A stretch of 64,000 nt of DNA from Alphaproteobacteria bacterium (lineage in GTDB: Bacteria > Pseudomonadota > Alphaproteobacteria > SP197): the NCBI GenBank assembly GCA_964291265.2, contig OZ219747.1, forward strand, positions 3,648,001 to 3,712,000, in the 5' to 3' direction. The first letter of the stretch is position 1; each line of letters opens with the position of its first letter. Made by a program: the position numbers and the translations under genes. The notes below the pieces were generated by a model. That model was given only the letters and a program-made list of their open reading frames with translations, searched no databases and had not been told where the DNA came from. Shown in pieces: positions 1-10,597 of the stretch.

Positions 1-1
1 C

Positions 2-397
2 GACTTCGCCGGCTTCGGCGAGAAGCTCCGCGCCTGGCTTGCGGGCATTCCCTACCAGTGGCATGCGAAGGGCGACCTGGCGCGCTACGAGGCCTGGTAC
101 GCGAGCCTTCTCTACATGTGCCTGCGTTCGGTCGGGGTGGACCTGAGCGTGGAGGAGGCCTCGCACCGCGGCCGTGCGGACATGGTGGTGCGCCTCGGCG
201 GTCAGGTCTTCGTGCTGGAGTTCAAGATGGCCGAGGGCGAGGGGGACGGCGCTGCGGCGCTGGATGCGGCGCTGGCGCAGATGCGCGAGCGGGGCTATGC
301 CGAGACCTACCGCGACCACGCCGGCCCGGTCCACCTCGTCGGCGTGGCCTGCGGTCGCGAGGCGCGCAACCTCCTCGACATCCGCGCCGAGACCTGA
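2..397 (+). CDS. C-terminal part of an AAA-ATPase/PD-(D/E)XK nuclease protein (PDDEXK_9/DUF1703-like), 5' truncated by the window edge
   Basis: Frame open from base 2: ...IPYQW...YEAWYASLLY...EEASHRGRADMVV...VLEFK...ALAQMRERGYAETY, typical GRxD/ExK/QxxxxxY motifs. Confidence 0.85.
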   Translation, partial: DFAGFGEKLRAWLAGIPYQWHAKGDLARYEAWYASLLYMCLRSVGVDLSVEEASHRGRADMVVRLGGQVFVLEFKMAEGEGDGAAALDAALAQMRERGYAETYRDHAGPVHLVGVACGREARNLLDIRAET

Positions 398-1042
398 ATG
401 AGCGGCGCCCGCGAACGCCTGCCTGACATCACGTCCCATCCCGGATCCTTTCAGCCGATGCGCCCATCCCGTGCGCCGCTGTTTCACCACGCTGTCCGCG
501 GCGCCGGGTGCATCACCTCCGACAGCATGCGACACGCATCACGAGGAATTGTCGAGACGGCAAGCCGGTGCTCCTGGTACGTGGTGTCGGAGAGCGACTC
601 AGAGCATGAGAGTCCTGGCAGGTGCCTTGTCCGCATGGGTGCATCGAGGTGGTGTCTGTGGAACGTGATGTGGGGAGCTTCAGGCTTTTGCGCGGAGTCT
701 TGTCCTGACGTTCTCCGGCCTCGTCGTGGTTCGTCGGGCGGGACGACCTCGAGGCTGGAGAGCTTACGGTTTCTGTTGCGCTGGGCGAAGAGGCTGCGTG
801 CGTTGCGGTGGCGGCGGCGCAGGGTGCGGCAGGCGTCGAGTGTTTTCGGGCGGATGCTGCGACCTGTGAGTCAGTCCGGCGGCGGATCGGGCGTCGCTGC
901 GGCTCAGAGGCTGCGGCAGTCTCGTGATGCGGTGTCGTTTGGACGGCCCGGGTGTTTCCCGGGGAGGCTGAGCGGCGCGTCGGGGTGAGACGTTCTCATT
1001 CCTGGATGGTAACGCGTGACCGCGTTCAAGGGTCTTGCGGGA

Positions 1043-1333
1043 TCACGTATCCCTTCCGTAGCCGCGTGGCGGTTCGATGTCCTCGAGGGCCTCGATGTCG
1101 GCATCGGCGACGATCTGCAGGCGTTCTCCGTAAGGCGTGTCACGGAGGCTTTCGGGGATGCTGTCGAGGTGGTCACGCCATTCGTCCTACAGGGCGCGCA
1201 GTTCGGCCACGGCGTCGTTCCAGCGTTGCGGTCGCGAGCGCCGGTCACGGTGCTTTGGGGTGTGGACGGGAGGGATGCCGGCCTTGCGCCGTTCCCGGTA
1301 TCGCCGCTGCTTTTCGGCGGGCGTGAGGGGCAT
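1043..1333 (-). pseudogene. Small hypothetical protein gene with an in-frame TAG
   Basis: MPLTPAEKQRRYRERR...RPQRWNDAVAELRAL*DEWRDHLDSIPESLRDT...IEPPRGYGRDT; the frame continues plausibly past the TAG at 1187-1189 (probably CAG>TAG). Confidence 0.6.
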
Positions 1334-1519
1334 GAGTGGTCTCCTGACAACAATCGATGAGCCATGCACGTGTCGGGAGCGATATGGCGGCCATTCATCG
1401 GCGTCTCGCGTCGTCCGGGACTCTTCGATACCTCTGGGCGTCCCTGGACAATGCCCGCGAGCCCGCGGCAGGCCGGACGCCCCGCCACGTGACGGGTCTG
1501 AGCCTGGTCAGAGTTTAAC

Positions 1520-3469
1520 CCGAAGTTCCGGACGATTTCAGCGGCAGAGTCACGATAACCGGTTGATTGTGTTGGCAAAATAGCGCGATGATGGCGCGAG
1601 AATGTTCCCATGTAACGGCGAAGTTTTCCCTTGACACGGTGGGCTTACGCCCCCATATACGTTGCCATGTACGTAGACATCGTCCCCAACCGTAACTCAC
1701 CCCCCGCCGTCCTCCTGCGAGAGGGATGGCGCGAGAACGGCAAGGTCAAGAAGCGCACCATCGCCAATCTCTCCTCCTGGCCCATGGAAAAGGTCGAGAC
1801 CCTGCGGCGGTTCTTGAAGAACGAACCCCTCGTCGGTCGTGACGACGCCTTCGACATCGTCCGCTCCCTACCCCATGGGCATGTCGCCGCGGTGCTGGGA
1901 ACCCTGAAGAAGCTGGGACTGGACAGGCTGATCGACCCGAAGCCCTCGCCTGAGCGCGATCAGGTCCTGGCCATGATCGTGGCACGCATCCTCGAGCCCG
2001 CCTCGAAGCTGGCCACGGCCAGGGGGCTGGCCGAGGCCACGGCGGTCAGCACCCTGGGCGAGGTCCTCGATGCGGAGATGGACGAGGACGCCCTCTACGG
2101 CGCCATGGACTGGCTCCTGGAGCGTCAGGAGAGGATCGAGCGGTCCCTGGCGAAGCGGCGCCTCGAAGAGGGCTGCCTGGTGCTCTATGACCTGACCTCG
2201 GTATGGATGGAGGGGAGAGCGTGTCCCCTGGCCAGGAGGGGTCATTCCCGGGATGGCAAGAAGGGCAAGCTGCAGATCGAGTTCGGCCTTCTGTGCGATC
2301 GGGACGGCTGTCCAGTGTCGGTGGAAGTGTTCCCCGGCAACACGGCGGACCCCGGGACGGTGGCATCACAGATCACCACGCTGCAGGAGCGCTTCTCCCT
2401 GGCGAAGGTGGTGCTGGTGGGAGACCGGGGGATGCTGACCGAGGCGCGCATACGCGAGGAGGTGAAGCCTGCGGGCCTGGACTGGATCAGCGCCTTGAGG
2501 GGACCGGCCATCCGCGCCCTTGTGGAGGCCGGCGACGTCGAGATGTCGCTCTTCGACGAGAGGGACCTGGTGGAGATCACCAGCGATGCGTATCCCGGCG
2601 AACGCCTCATGGTCTGCCGCAACCCCCTGCTGGCCGAGGACCGGGCCCGCAAGCGCCAGGAACTGCTCGAGGCCACCGAGGCCCTGCTTGAACCGATCGC
2701 CGCAGCGACACGGCGCGACAAGCGCCGTCTCAAGGGTGCCGACAAGATCGGGGAGCGGGTCGGCAAGGTCATCGGTAAATACAAGATGGCGAAGCACTTC
2801 ACGTGGTCCATCGACGACGAGGGTGTCTTCACCTATGGGCGCGATGAGGCTGCCATCGCCGCCGAGGCCAGGCTCGACGGCCTCTACGTGATCCGCACCA
2901 GCCTGCCGCAGAGCGAGCTCGACGGTCCCGGCACAGTGCGCGCCTACAAGCGGTTGAGTTCGGTGGAACGGGCCTTCCGCAGCCTGAAGACCGTGGATCT
3001 GAAGGTCCGCCCCGTCTACCACCGCACCGAACCCCGGGTCCGCGCCCATGTCTTCCTGTGCATGCTCGCCTACTACGTTGAATGGCACATGCGCCAGAGA
3101 CTGAAGCCCATGCTGTTCGACGACGAGGATGCCGAAGGCGCCGAGGCCCGGCGGCCGTCCGTCGTGGCGCCGGCAGAAGTCTCGGCGAGCGCCCGGGCCA
3201 AGGCGGCAACGAAGAGGACGCCCGGGGGTGATCCGGTGCACAGTTTCCGCACCCTCCTCGATGATCTCGCGACCATCACCCGCAACACCGTGGCGCCCCG
3301 CCTTGCGGGCGCCAAACCCTTCCAGGTCACCACGCGGCCCACGCCGCTCCAGAAAAAGGCCCTGGACTACCTCGGCATACGCCTGCAGCGTTCCCAGTAG
3401 CGACACACCCGATTTTTTCAAACGTCAATACATTCATAACGATACGTCTGATCGGTTCTGGAACTTCGG
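1520..3469 (+). mobile_element. IS1634-family insertion sequence, copy 1 (1950 bp)
   Basis: Terminal IRs CCGAAGTTCC / GGAACTTCGG; 6-bp TSD TTTAAC at 1514-1519 and 3470-3475. Confidence 0.93.
1667..3400 (+). CDS. IS1634-family DDE transposase
   Basis: MYVDIVPNRNSPPAVLLRE..., LYDLTS, GHSRDGK, VGDRGM, YKRLSSVERAFRSLK, RPVYH. Confidence 0.93.
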   Translation: MYVDIVPNRNSPPAVLLREGWRENGKVKKRTIANLSSWPMEKVETLRRFLKNEPLVGRDDAFDIVRSLPHGHVAAVLGTLKKLGLDRLIDPKPSPERDQVLAMIVARILEPASKLATARGLAEATAVSTLGEVLDAEMDEDALYGAMDWLLERQERIERSLAKRRLEEGCLVLYDLTSVWMEGRACPLARRGHSRDGKKGKLQIEFGLLCDRDGCPVSVEVFPGNTADPGTVASQITTLQERFSLAKVVLVGDRGMLTEARIREEVKPAGLDWISALRGPAIRALVEAGDVEMSLFDERDLVEITSDAYPGERLMVCRNPLLAEDRARKRQELLEATEALLEPIAAATRRDKRRLKGADKIGERVGKVIGKYKMAKHFTWSIDDEGVFTYGRDEAAIAAEARLDGLYVIRTSLPQSELDGPGTVRAYKRLSSVERAFRSLKTVDLKVRPVYHRTEPRVRAHVFLCMLAYYVEWHMRQRLKPMLFDDEDAEGAEARRPSVVAPAEVSASARAKAATKRTPGGDPVHSFRTLLDDLATITRNTVAPRLAGAKPFQVTTRPTPLQKKALDYLGIRLQRSQ

Positions 3470-3548
3470 TTTAACAAGTGGCCGTCTTGCGTTGACGAAC
3501 CCCATCGGCCATCATGGCTCATCCACTCGATCAGGCGGAGTTCATCCC

Positions 3549-3911
3549 ATGACAAGGAAGCCCGTGCGGCTCAAGCACGACGGCCATGCCGGAGGACTGG
3601 TGGCGTCCGATCTCATTCCCCAGGAAGCCTTCACCTCCGGCGACACGACCGAACTGGTATCCGAAGCCTGGACGGCCGACGACGGCAGCGTCCTCACCGG
3701 CGTGTGGGCCTGCGCGCCGTGCCGCGTGGACATCGATGCCTATCCGGTCAACGAGATGATGACCGTGATCGAGGGATCCGTCACGGTCACCGACGATACC
3801 GGCAAGGCCGAGACCTATGCCAAGGGCGACACGTTCTTCATTCCCAAGGGCACCCAGTGCACCTGGGAAATCACCAGCGCACTCCGCAAGTTTTACATGA
3901 TTGCCGCCTGA
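3549..3911 (+). CDS. Cupin-domain protein (DUF861/EutQ-like)
   Basis: GVWACAP...NEMMTVIEGSVTVTD...GDTFFIPKG...WEI...LRKFY. Confidence 0.85.
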   Translation: MTRKPVRLKHDGHAGGLVASDLIPQEAFTSGDTTELVSEAWTADDGSVLTGVWACAPCRVDIDAYPVNEMMTVIEGSVTVTDDTGKAETYAKGDTFFIPKGTQCTWEITSALRKFYMIAA

Positions 3912-3913
3912 CC

Positions 3914-6127
3914 TCAGGGATCCGGCATACCGACAGGCATCTCGAAGGGTTTCGGGTCGAGGAAGCGGTTCAGCACGTTGCCGCTGACCCTTGCCACATT
4001 GTTCTGCCAGCCGGCGTGCGGCAGGCTCGCGCCCCAGGCGATGGATCCGGTGGAGAAGACGGCGCCACCCGATGGCGTCTCGAAGAATGTCATGTCGGCG
4101 CGGATGTCCGGATTCTGGACTCCGTCCATGGCGCTGTGATGGAAGCCGGTTTCGTCAGGCACCAGCCAAGTGTCGGCTGAATGATCTTCCGAGCGGGCGA
4201 CGACAAGGGCATGGCGGGGTGTGCCCAACCGGGGATCGGTGGCGTCGATCTCCGAACCGCTGGCGCCACCACCCTGGATGCCGAAGGTACCGATCAACTC
4301 GTCCGGACCGATGCCCTCGAAGATGAAGGACGCCCGCGGATCGAGGCTTTCCGGGGTGCGCCGGTAGAACCCCGAGCGATCGAACCCCACGGCCACGGTT
4401 CCGACACCGACGAGCGCCTGGGGCGCCATGCCGAGGCGCCGCCACAGCCCGCCATACTCTCCGGTGAACTCCAGGTAGTATTCGCCGGGTTCTTCGTCAC
4501 GGTAGCGGATGCCGTCCTCGGCGCGACGCAGTTCCAGGGCCCCCGGCCATTCGTCCGAAAAGGCGCAACGCCAGATGAAACCGTTGCCTCCGAGATAGGC
4601 AAAGCGACCACCTTGTGAAAGGTATCCACGCATGCCATCCCACATCGGTGTCGTGTAGTACTCGGGATGGGTTCCCGTGACCACTGCCCGGTAGGGCTGC
4701 AGGAGTTCAGCCCCTTCCCGGTGCAGATCCTCGTCGGTGATGACATCGAAAGCGAAACCACAGTGCTCGAGCCAGGCCAGAATGTGGGTGTCTGGATTGA
4801 AGCTCCACAGAGGCGTGCGCGGCGCCATGTTGAGGACCGGGCGCAGCCTGGAAGCGTAGCGAACGCCGGAGCCGTCGGCATGGGTGTCATAGGTTGACAG
4901 GCCAAACTCCTCATGCTCCTGCAGGAAGACATCGTTGGGCGACAGCGTGGTCCAGAAGGTCTCGGTTACCTCCGCGAAGGGTTCGCTCATGTGCCAGCGA
5001 TAGTTGCCGTAGGCCATGTAGGTCGCCGTCGAGGCCAGAAAGGCAAGCCTGGACGCCGCCCTTCCCGAAGGCGGCCGCACGAAGAAAGTGATGTGCCACT
5101 CGTCGTTTCCGGCCCTCAGCCTGGCGGCATAGACCCCGCTTGCCAGGGTGTCCGGCACGGTGAAGGTGAAGTCGGTCTCCCATCCGGCATCGTAGTGATC
5201 GTCTTCATGAAAGTGGATAGCTCCGTACTCCGAAGGCGCATGGCGCCAGTTCTGCTCCCGGCCCGACCAGTTGAATCCCTTGACGCCGCGTGACGGCAGG
5301 TTGACCGTCGAGCCGTGAAGGCGGTGGTACCCGGAGTCCGTGACCCGTGCCCGACCGATGTCGCGCGAAAAGTCCCAGGCGCCCACCACAGCCGCTTCAC
5401 GTTCATGGGGAGAACCGGACCACGCCAGGACTTCGACCTCCCGTCGTTCAAGAGCCTGTCCGACAAGGATCGGCCGATCGATCTTGCCGTTGAAGTGACC
5501 ACTCCTGCCCGCCTCTCCGGCAGCGATGACAAGCGCCCCCGATGCCGGCCGGAAGCCGCCCTCACCGCTGGCCTCAGCGTTCTGCCCGGCCTCGACCTCG
5601 CTCGCCAGGCGCTGAAGACTGAGGCCAAGGGCGCCCTTCGCCGCATCGAAGGTGCCGGCGACAAGGTACCAGCGCCGGGACTCGAGCCTTGCCTCGAGGC
5701 TGAGTTCGTGGATGGCCCCGTCACCGGTCCTGAGGGCAAGCATGCCGGCAACCGTGATGACGAGGGCAAATCCGCGCGACGCCGCACCATCCCATAGGGT
5801 GATGATCCCCTGTTCGTGCCCGCCCGGCAGCGTGGGAAACACCCACGCCTGGATCGTGAAGCTCGCGAGACGCTCCAGGGGAGCCGCCGGTGGCACGATG
5901 ACGCACGAGCCTGCTGCCATCGCCTGGGTGCGACCCTCGTGAGTGCCGTTGAAAGGGGCCTCCATCTCCCCTTCGCGGAAGAGGTCGCGATGGGGATCGT
6001 CGTCGCCGCAGACGATGCGTACGAGATCGGCCCGGTACTCTGTTGCACCATAGGTGCTGACCATGAACTCGATGGTATCGCCTGCGGTGGCGCTCCACCG
6101 GTCGGCATAGCCGACGATCGTCTTCAT
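3914..6127 (-). CDS. N,N-dimethylformamidase large (beta) subunit family protein
   Basis: 737 aa; GYADRWS, LamG-like insert, GAIHFHEDD, TATYMAYGN, YDTHADGSG, HPEYYT, YLGGNGF, GGAVFSTGSIAW. Confidence 0.88.
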   Translation of the reverse strand: MKTIVGYADRWSATAGDTIEFMVSTYGATEYRADLVRIVCGDDDPHRDLFREGEMEAPFNGTHEGRTQAMAAGSCVIVPPAAPLERLASFTIQAWVFPTLPGGHEQGIITLWDGAASRGFALVITVAGMLALRTGDGAIHELSLEARLESRRWYLVAGTFDAAKGALGLSLQRLASEVEAGQNAEASGEGGFRPASGALVIAAGEAGRSGHFNGKIDRPILVGQALERREVEVLAWSGSPHEREAAVVGAWDFSRDIGRARVTDSGYHRLHGSTVNLPSRGVKGFNWSGREQNWRHAPSEYGAIHFHEDDHYDAGWETDFTFTVPDTLASGVYAARLRAGNDEWHITFFVRPPSGRAASRLAFLASTATYMAYGNYRWHMSEPFAEVTETFWTTLSPNDVFLQEHEEFGLSTYDTHADGSGVRYASRLRPVLNMAPRTPLWSFNPDTHILAWLEHCGFAFDVITDEDLHREGAELLQPYRAVVTGTHPEYYTTPMWDGMRGYLSQGGRFAYLGGNGFIWRCAFSDEWPGALELRRAEDGIRYRDEEPGEYYLEFTGEYGGLWRRLGMAPQALVGVGTVAVGFDRSGFYRRTPESLDPRASFIFEGIGPDELIGTFGIQGGGASGSEIDATDPRLGTPRHALVVARSEDHSADTWLVPDETGFHHSAMDGVQNPDIRADMTFFETPSGGAVFSTGSIAWGASLPHAGWQNNVARVSGNVLNRFLDPKPFEMPVGMPDP

Positions 6128-6432
6128 GGCCGCCTCCGGCCGGGGTCGATTCCCGTCACATGCTGCCAGCGTCGGCGAAAGACCTCGCGGCAGGCGTCGT
6201 CATGGTCTTCGAACACGGTTGCGTCGGTGAAGGCGACGGGCTCGCCTCTCGCCGGCATCCGCGCCAGGCGCCATCCGCCCCCTGCCCCGATCTTCACCAG
6301 GATGACGCGTTGGGCCATCGGCAGCAGGCGAAGGCGATTGACCAGCAGTGCGAGTTCCGGGCTGTGGGGACCGCCCGGCTGCCGCATGTACTCCGCCACG
6401 AGATCCATGCGCTGGGGATTGACCTCGTACAT
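6124..6432 (-). CDS. N,N-dimethylformamidase small subunit-like protein
   Basis: MYEVNPQRMDLVAEYMRQPGGPHSPELALLVNRLR...EVFRRRW; ATGA overlap with the large subunit. Confidence 0.75.
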   Translation of the reverse strand: MYEVNPQRMDLVAEYMRQPGGPHSPELALLVNRLRLLPMAQRVILVKIGAGGGWRLARMPARGEPVAFTDATVFEDHDDACREVFRRRWQHVTGIDPGRRRP

Positions 6433-6481
6433 GGCTTGGGGTTCTCCCCTATCACGACAGGCCATCCGTGATGCAACATCA

Positions 6482-6800
6482 TCATGGCGTCAAGCAGACA
6501 ACCACCAGAAGCCGCAGAAGCACCTTCTGCAAGCTGCCGGAATCGAAGGCGTTGAACAGGTCCGAAAACGCATCGTGGCTCGGAATGCCGTGCTTCAAGC
6601 TCATGAAACGGCGCAGAAACCCCTCCTTGGCCCGACCGAACCGCTCCATGTCCGCGCATCCCTCCCCGCCGCACAAGGTCGAAAGCAACGCAATCATCAG
6701 CATCTCGTGCAGCGAATGGCGCGTCGCATTGCTGCGACGCGGGTCCGCAACCCCTTCGAATACGGACGAAAACTCTTCCATCCCACACCTCCACTCTCCA
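6482..6800 (-). pseudogene. ISAs1-family transposase N-terminal fragment
   Basis: VADPRRSNATRHSLHEMLMIAL...CGGEGCADM...HGIPSHDAFSDLF, truncated before the DDE domain. Confidence 0.85.
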
Positions 6801-6903
6801 GAAACCCAAGCGTGATCGACGTCCGGCGGTACCAACCGGCATGCATGCCGCGCCGCGCAAAATTTTTTACATCATGCCACAGGGTGCGCATGCGGGGCCT
6901 GCC

Positions 6904-7000
6904 TGTAAGCGTTCGGTCGCGCAGTGATTGTTGGTGATATTCACCGGTTGAGGATGAGTTTCCAGTCTTTGCGGAGAGGCCTCAGCCAGATGTCCTTTTT
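6904..7000 (-). mobile_element. Relic end of a mobile element (C-terminal KKDIWLRPLRKDWKLILNR* plus terminal sequence)
   Basis: Similar to 43586-43649; on the minus strand it ends in GACCGAACGCTTAC. Confidence 0.5.
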
Positions 7001-7174
7001 GGACGAAGGCCGCTTCGCGGCCTTGGGTGCTTGTGATCGAGCACTGTGCTGAGCAATCGATGTGAGCGGTTGTGTTGAGAGATCGACGTTCCTGATGTTT
7101 CGATGATCTGATCGAGGCACCACACTTCCTGGTCTCCCGACTGTTCGGGAGGGCCATCAACCAGGGAGTGAGAG

Positions 7175-7743
7175 ATGAAGGCAAAGGAAGTTTCGCCTCT
7201 GCGCCAGAAGACGATCGATGTGATGACGATGAAGGGTCTGTCGTCTGGCACGCAGGAGAACTATCTGCGTGAGATTACGATGTTCGACCTCTATACCGGA
7301 CATCAGCTGGAGAGTCAGACGGGCGAGGCGATCGGGGCCTGGATCCTGGAGCGGATTGGCAAGGGTCTGGCGCCGCGCACGACCAACGTCACGGTGACGG
7401 CGATCCGCCTGTTCTATGATAGTGTGCTCGGTCAGCCCGAGAAGGTCGAACATCTGCGTTGTCGCCGGGTTCCCGACCGCCTGCCGCGGACGATCCCTTC
7501 AAGAGGATGTCGAGCATCTGATCCAGGCGTTCACCGACGTACGCTACCGCACGGCAACCGTTGTTGCCTACGGCGCTGCGCTGCGCATCTCGGAAGTGGT
7601 GTCGCTGCAGGTCACGGACATCCGCCGTGAGCAAGGTCTCCTGCACATCCGCGAGGGCAAGGGCCACCACGAGCGCATGGCCTATCTGCCCGACGCCGTG
7701 CTCAAGGAACTGGAGCGCTACTGGAAGACCACCTGGCCACGTC
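7175..7743 (+). pseudogene. Tyrosine integrase (N-terminal SAM-like domain plus part of the catalytic domain), frameshifted and truncated
   Basis: SPLRQK...GLSSGTQENY; frameshift near 7497; YGAALRISEV...IREGKG; cut at the ISAs1 IR at 7744. Confidence 0.8.
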
Positions 7744-7956
7744 CAGGACCATTCTTTTGTCAGTCCTGTGGATTGTTGATGTGACAGGGACCGGCATGGT
7801 TGAGGCGCCCGGGTTCACTGTGGGCTGGTTTCAGTGGGCACTGCTGGTGCATCAGGGCTCACCAGGCACGTTTTTTCGAGTGTGCGAACAGAGCTGTCCT
7901 GTTGCGCCGTCAGGCGGCGCGTTCCCGGCTTGTGGCGCGGGGTCAGGAGCGAAGGT

Positions 7957-7997
7957 TCATCCGCCGGGCGGGATGAGGATAGCGTCGAGTGCGTCCT
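7957..7997 (-). pseudogene. DUF4338-ISAs1 transposase fragment 4 (extreme C-terminus)
   Basis: ...QDALDAILIPPGG* continues fragment 3 across the IS4 TSD. Confidence 0.75.
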
Positions 7998-8006
7998 GGG
8001 CGCGAG

Positions 8007-10374
8007 CTTTCAACCAGACACTGTTGAATCCATCTTTTTCAGCATATCGAGTTCCTGCAGTTTCCGCATATTTCGGTGATGTTCGACGAAGGTGAGGAGG
8101 ATTTCGTATCCCTGCCAGAGTTTCTCAGTCCCCGGCAGGGGTTGACGTTTTCTGGGAATGAAGCCCGCCAGGCGTGCGACGTCGACGGCGAAGGCTGCGA
8201 TGGTCGGTTCGGGATCGGGAGGTCCACGCGGCGTGCGCTGTCGGCTGACCTTATAGATGTTCAGGACCGTGATCTCGTCGCGGTGGACGATGTGGCTTGC
8301 CGGGGTGTCTGGTGCCGAGCGTGCGAGGCGCTCGACGGTCATGACGCGGCATGCGGTGATGGCGTCGAAGGCCAGACACTTCCTCAGATCGTCGGCCTGG
8401 TTGAGGCGCCGGTCCTTGATCCGGGTGCCGACCTTCAGGGCCTTGAAGTACTCTTCGATCCACCATCGCCTCTCGTAGAAGGAGACGGTCTTGAGGGCAT
8501 CGTCTGCGGTGACGTCGCCTTCGGTGGTGAGCAGCATCCAGTCGAGAGGATCGCGGCCTGGCGGTGGGGCGGGTTCCGTGACCCGCACGGCCATCATGGA
8601 GAGCGGCGGCGTTGCCTGAGGCTTCTTGTCCGGCGGAGCCAGGTCGACCCTTGCCGCACGGACTTCGAGGCGTACGCCCTTGCGCTCCTTGCGACGACGC
8701 GGCCCTCCGCAGGCTGCGATGTCGATCTGCTTCGTTGCGATGCACGGCTCGTCCGCCATGTAGTCCCAAAGGTCCCGGCAGGCGCCCGTTGCGGTGACCA
8801 CGCGGCGCCGTGTCGAGCGCCTGACGCGCACCAGCAGACCGGCCTCGTGCTCCGTGCTCCGGGCCAGCAGGTCCCAGATGTCGCCTTCACGGTCACAGAT
8901 CACCAACACCCTTGTCGAAGGACAGGCAGCGGCCAGTTCCACGGCCTTGTCGTACCCGTCGAGCCAGCGCCGGCTCTCCTTGTCGTCTGGCTCGTCCTTC
9001 TTCTGATCCGGCTTGAGACGGAAGTCGGCGTCGAGATGGAACAGGCCGAGGGATGAGCCGCCTTCGCTGAAGGCAACCCCGGCATGGGCCGCCATGCCAA
9101 GGGCGCCCGAGCCGCCGCCGATGTCAACAAGACCCTTGGTCGCCTCCAAGCCGTTGTCATTCAAGAACGTCGTGTCCTGGATGGCAAGAATCAGGCGCTG
9201 CGAACGGCAGCGTTCCACCATCGCTTCCTGGTGCCCCTCAAGGATATGCTCCATCGTCACCCTCGGATTCGACAACAGGCGGTAGGCCGCCTTCTGCTCC
9301 GCCTCGCCGGGGAAGATCACCGGCAGGATCGCGCCGGGACGATCGTTCCACGCCCGGCCCATGGTGACAAGGCGCTCGCGGATGCGCACGTCACTGTGGC
9401 TGCTGCGGGCGTACTCCCTCATCGCCCAGTCGGTCCTGTCATCACCGACAAGGGGCGCCGCCTGGCCCATGACACGCTCAGGCTCCCGGCACAGCACGGC
9501 GCGCCAGTCAGGCGTCAGGGGCTTCATCCATACGGACCGCTGCACGCCCGGGCCGGTGGCCCCGGGAGGTCGACCCGAGGTCATCTCCTCACAGCGCTCC
9601 CAGCCCGCCGCCCGGTAGCTCACGCCGCTGTGCTCGGGACCCACATACGTGTACGCCAGAACCGGCATCACCCCGTACTTCTCGTGCCAGTCCGTAGCCA
9701 GACGCCGGCAGGCACAGGCCAGGGCATGGGAGGCCAACTCCTTCACATCCACCGATGGAAGAATCAGGAAGCGATCATTGTTGACGATCTCGCCGAGGTG
9801 GGCGACACGGGCTCCCTGGGACCAGCCGATGAAGTCGTCGCGCGCCTTCTGGTGCCAACTCGCCGCACCAAACACCAGGCCGCCGAGGCGACCGTGGCGC
9901 GACGAGGTGATCCAGTAGCTCACCCGGGCTCCGGGTGCGCACGCCTCGCCTTCGGGATGCCAGGTCGCCATCATCGAACGGGCCAGGCGCTTGTCCTCGC
10001 CCTCGCCCACAGGCTCCAAGGTGACCTCTCCAAGGTCCTCCAGAGAACAGGCGAGGAGCTTGTCGGGATAGTCCCGCTCAAGGGTGTCGGCGCCGGTGCC
10101 GAAGGCATCAGGCCTTGGTGCAGGAAGGGCGATGTCGAGCGACGCAGCAAGGTCAGGCAGGGCCGCACGCGCCGAGGCAAGACACAGCTCGCCCTTCGCG
10201 TTGCGCCACTCCTCGCGCTCGCACAATCCCCGCGCCAGAGACGAACGTGTGCTGCCCTCGGCAGCCGACGCCGCCTTCAGCCAGTCAACCGTCGTCGCAG
10301 ATGTCGAAAGCCGATCCTCATGGGCCACTATGTAAGGCCTCATGAACATCGAGTCAAGCCTGTCCCGTTGAAAG
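8007..10374 (-). mobile_element. IS4-family (IS50/Tn5-like) element with DUF4338 fusion (2368 bp)
   Basis: IRs CTTTCAACCAGACA / TGTCCCGTTGAAAG; 9-bp TSD GGGCGCGAG at 7998-8006 and 10375-10383. Confidence 0.9.
8010..10349 (-). CDS. DUF4338 (DruA-like) domain fused to an IS4/Tn5-type transposase
   Basis: N-terminal ARDDFIGW, IVNNDRFLILP, LASHALA, SYRAAGW; C-terminal KAAYRLLSN, IQDTT, CDREGD, YERRWWIEEYFKALK, ARLAGF. Confidence 0.88.
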   Translation of the reverse strand: MFMRPYIVAHEDRLSTSATTVDWLKAASAAEGSTRSSLARGLCEREEWRNAKGELCLASARAALPDLAASLDIALPAPRPDAFGTGADTLERDYPDKLLACSLEDLGEVTLEPVGEGEDKRLARSMMATWHPEGEACAPGARVSYWITSSRHGRLGGLVFGAASWHQKARDDFIGWSQGARVAHLGEIVNNDRFLILPSVDVKELASHALACACRRLATDWHEKYGVMPVLAYTYVGPEHSGVSYRAAGWERCEEMTSGRPPGATGPGVQRSVWMKPLTPDWRAVLCREPERVMGQAAPLVGDDRTDWAMREYARSSHSDVRIRERLVTMGRAWNDRPGAILPVIFPGEAEQKAAYRLLSNPRVTMEHILEGHQEAMVERCRSQRLILAIQDTTFLNDNGLEATKGLVDIGGGSGALGMAAHAGVAFSEGGSSLGLFHLDADFRLKPDQKKDEPDDKESRRWLDGYDKAVELAAACPSTRVLVICDREGDIWDLLARSTEHEAGLLVRVRRSTRRRVVTATGACRDLWDYMADEPCIATKQIDIAACGGPRRRKERKGVRLEVRAARVDLAPPDKKPQATPPLSMMAVRVTEPAPPPGRDPLDWMLLTTEGDVTADDALKTVSFYERRWWIEEYFKALKVGTRIKDRRLNQADDLRKCLAFDAITACRVMTVERLARSAPDTPASHIVHRDEITVLNIYKVSRQRTPRGPPDPEPTIAAFAVDVARLAGFIPRKRQPLPGTEKLWQGYEILLTFVEHHRNMRKLQELDMLKKMDSTVSG

Positions 10375-10597
10375 GGGCGCGAGCGGCGTCGTGCCGGTTG
10401 GCTTCGGGCATATAGTCGAAATGTCCGCCGCAGCGCACGATGGCGATGGCGGCGTTTGTCAGGCAGGAGAGGTTGCGTGGCAGATGGCGCACATGGACCC
10501 TGCAGCGGTCCTCGTCGTAGGTGAAGTCGCGTACGTAGTGGAGTCGATTTTCGATGACCCAGTGGTCGCGCACGAGGGCCAGAAGCATCTCGGGTCC
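10375..10597 (-). pseudogene. DUF4338-ISAs1 transposase fragment 3
   Basis: GPEMLLALVRDHWVIENRLHYVRDFTYDEDRCR (ISAs1 HWxIENxLH motif). Confidence 0.88.

Noticed and set aside
398-1000. Overlapping ORFs after the PD-(D/E)XK gene
   Set aside because: No recognisable motifs in any frame; probably degraded sequence
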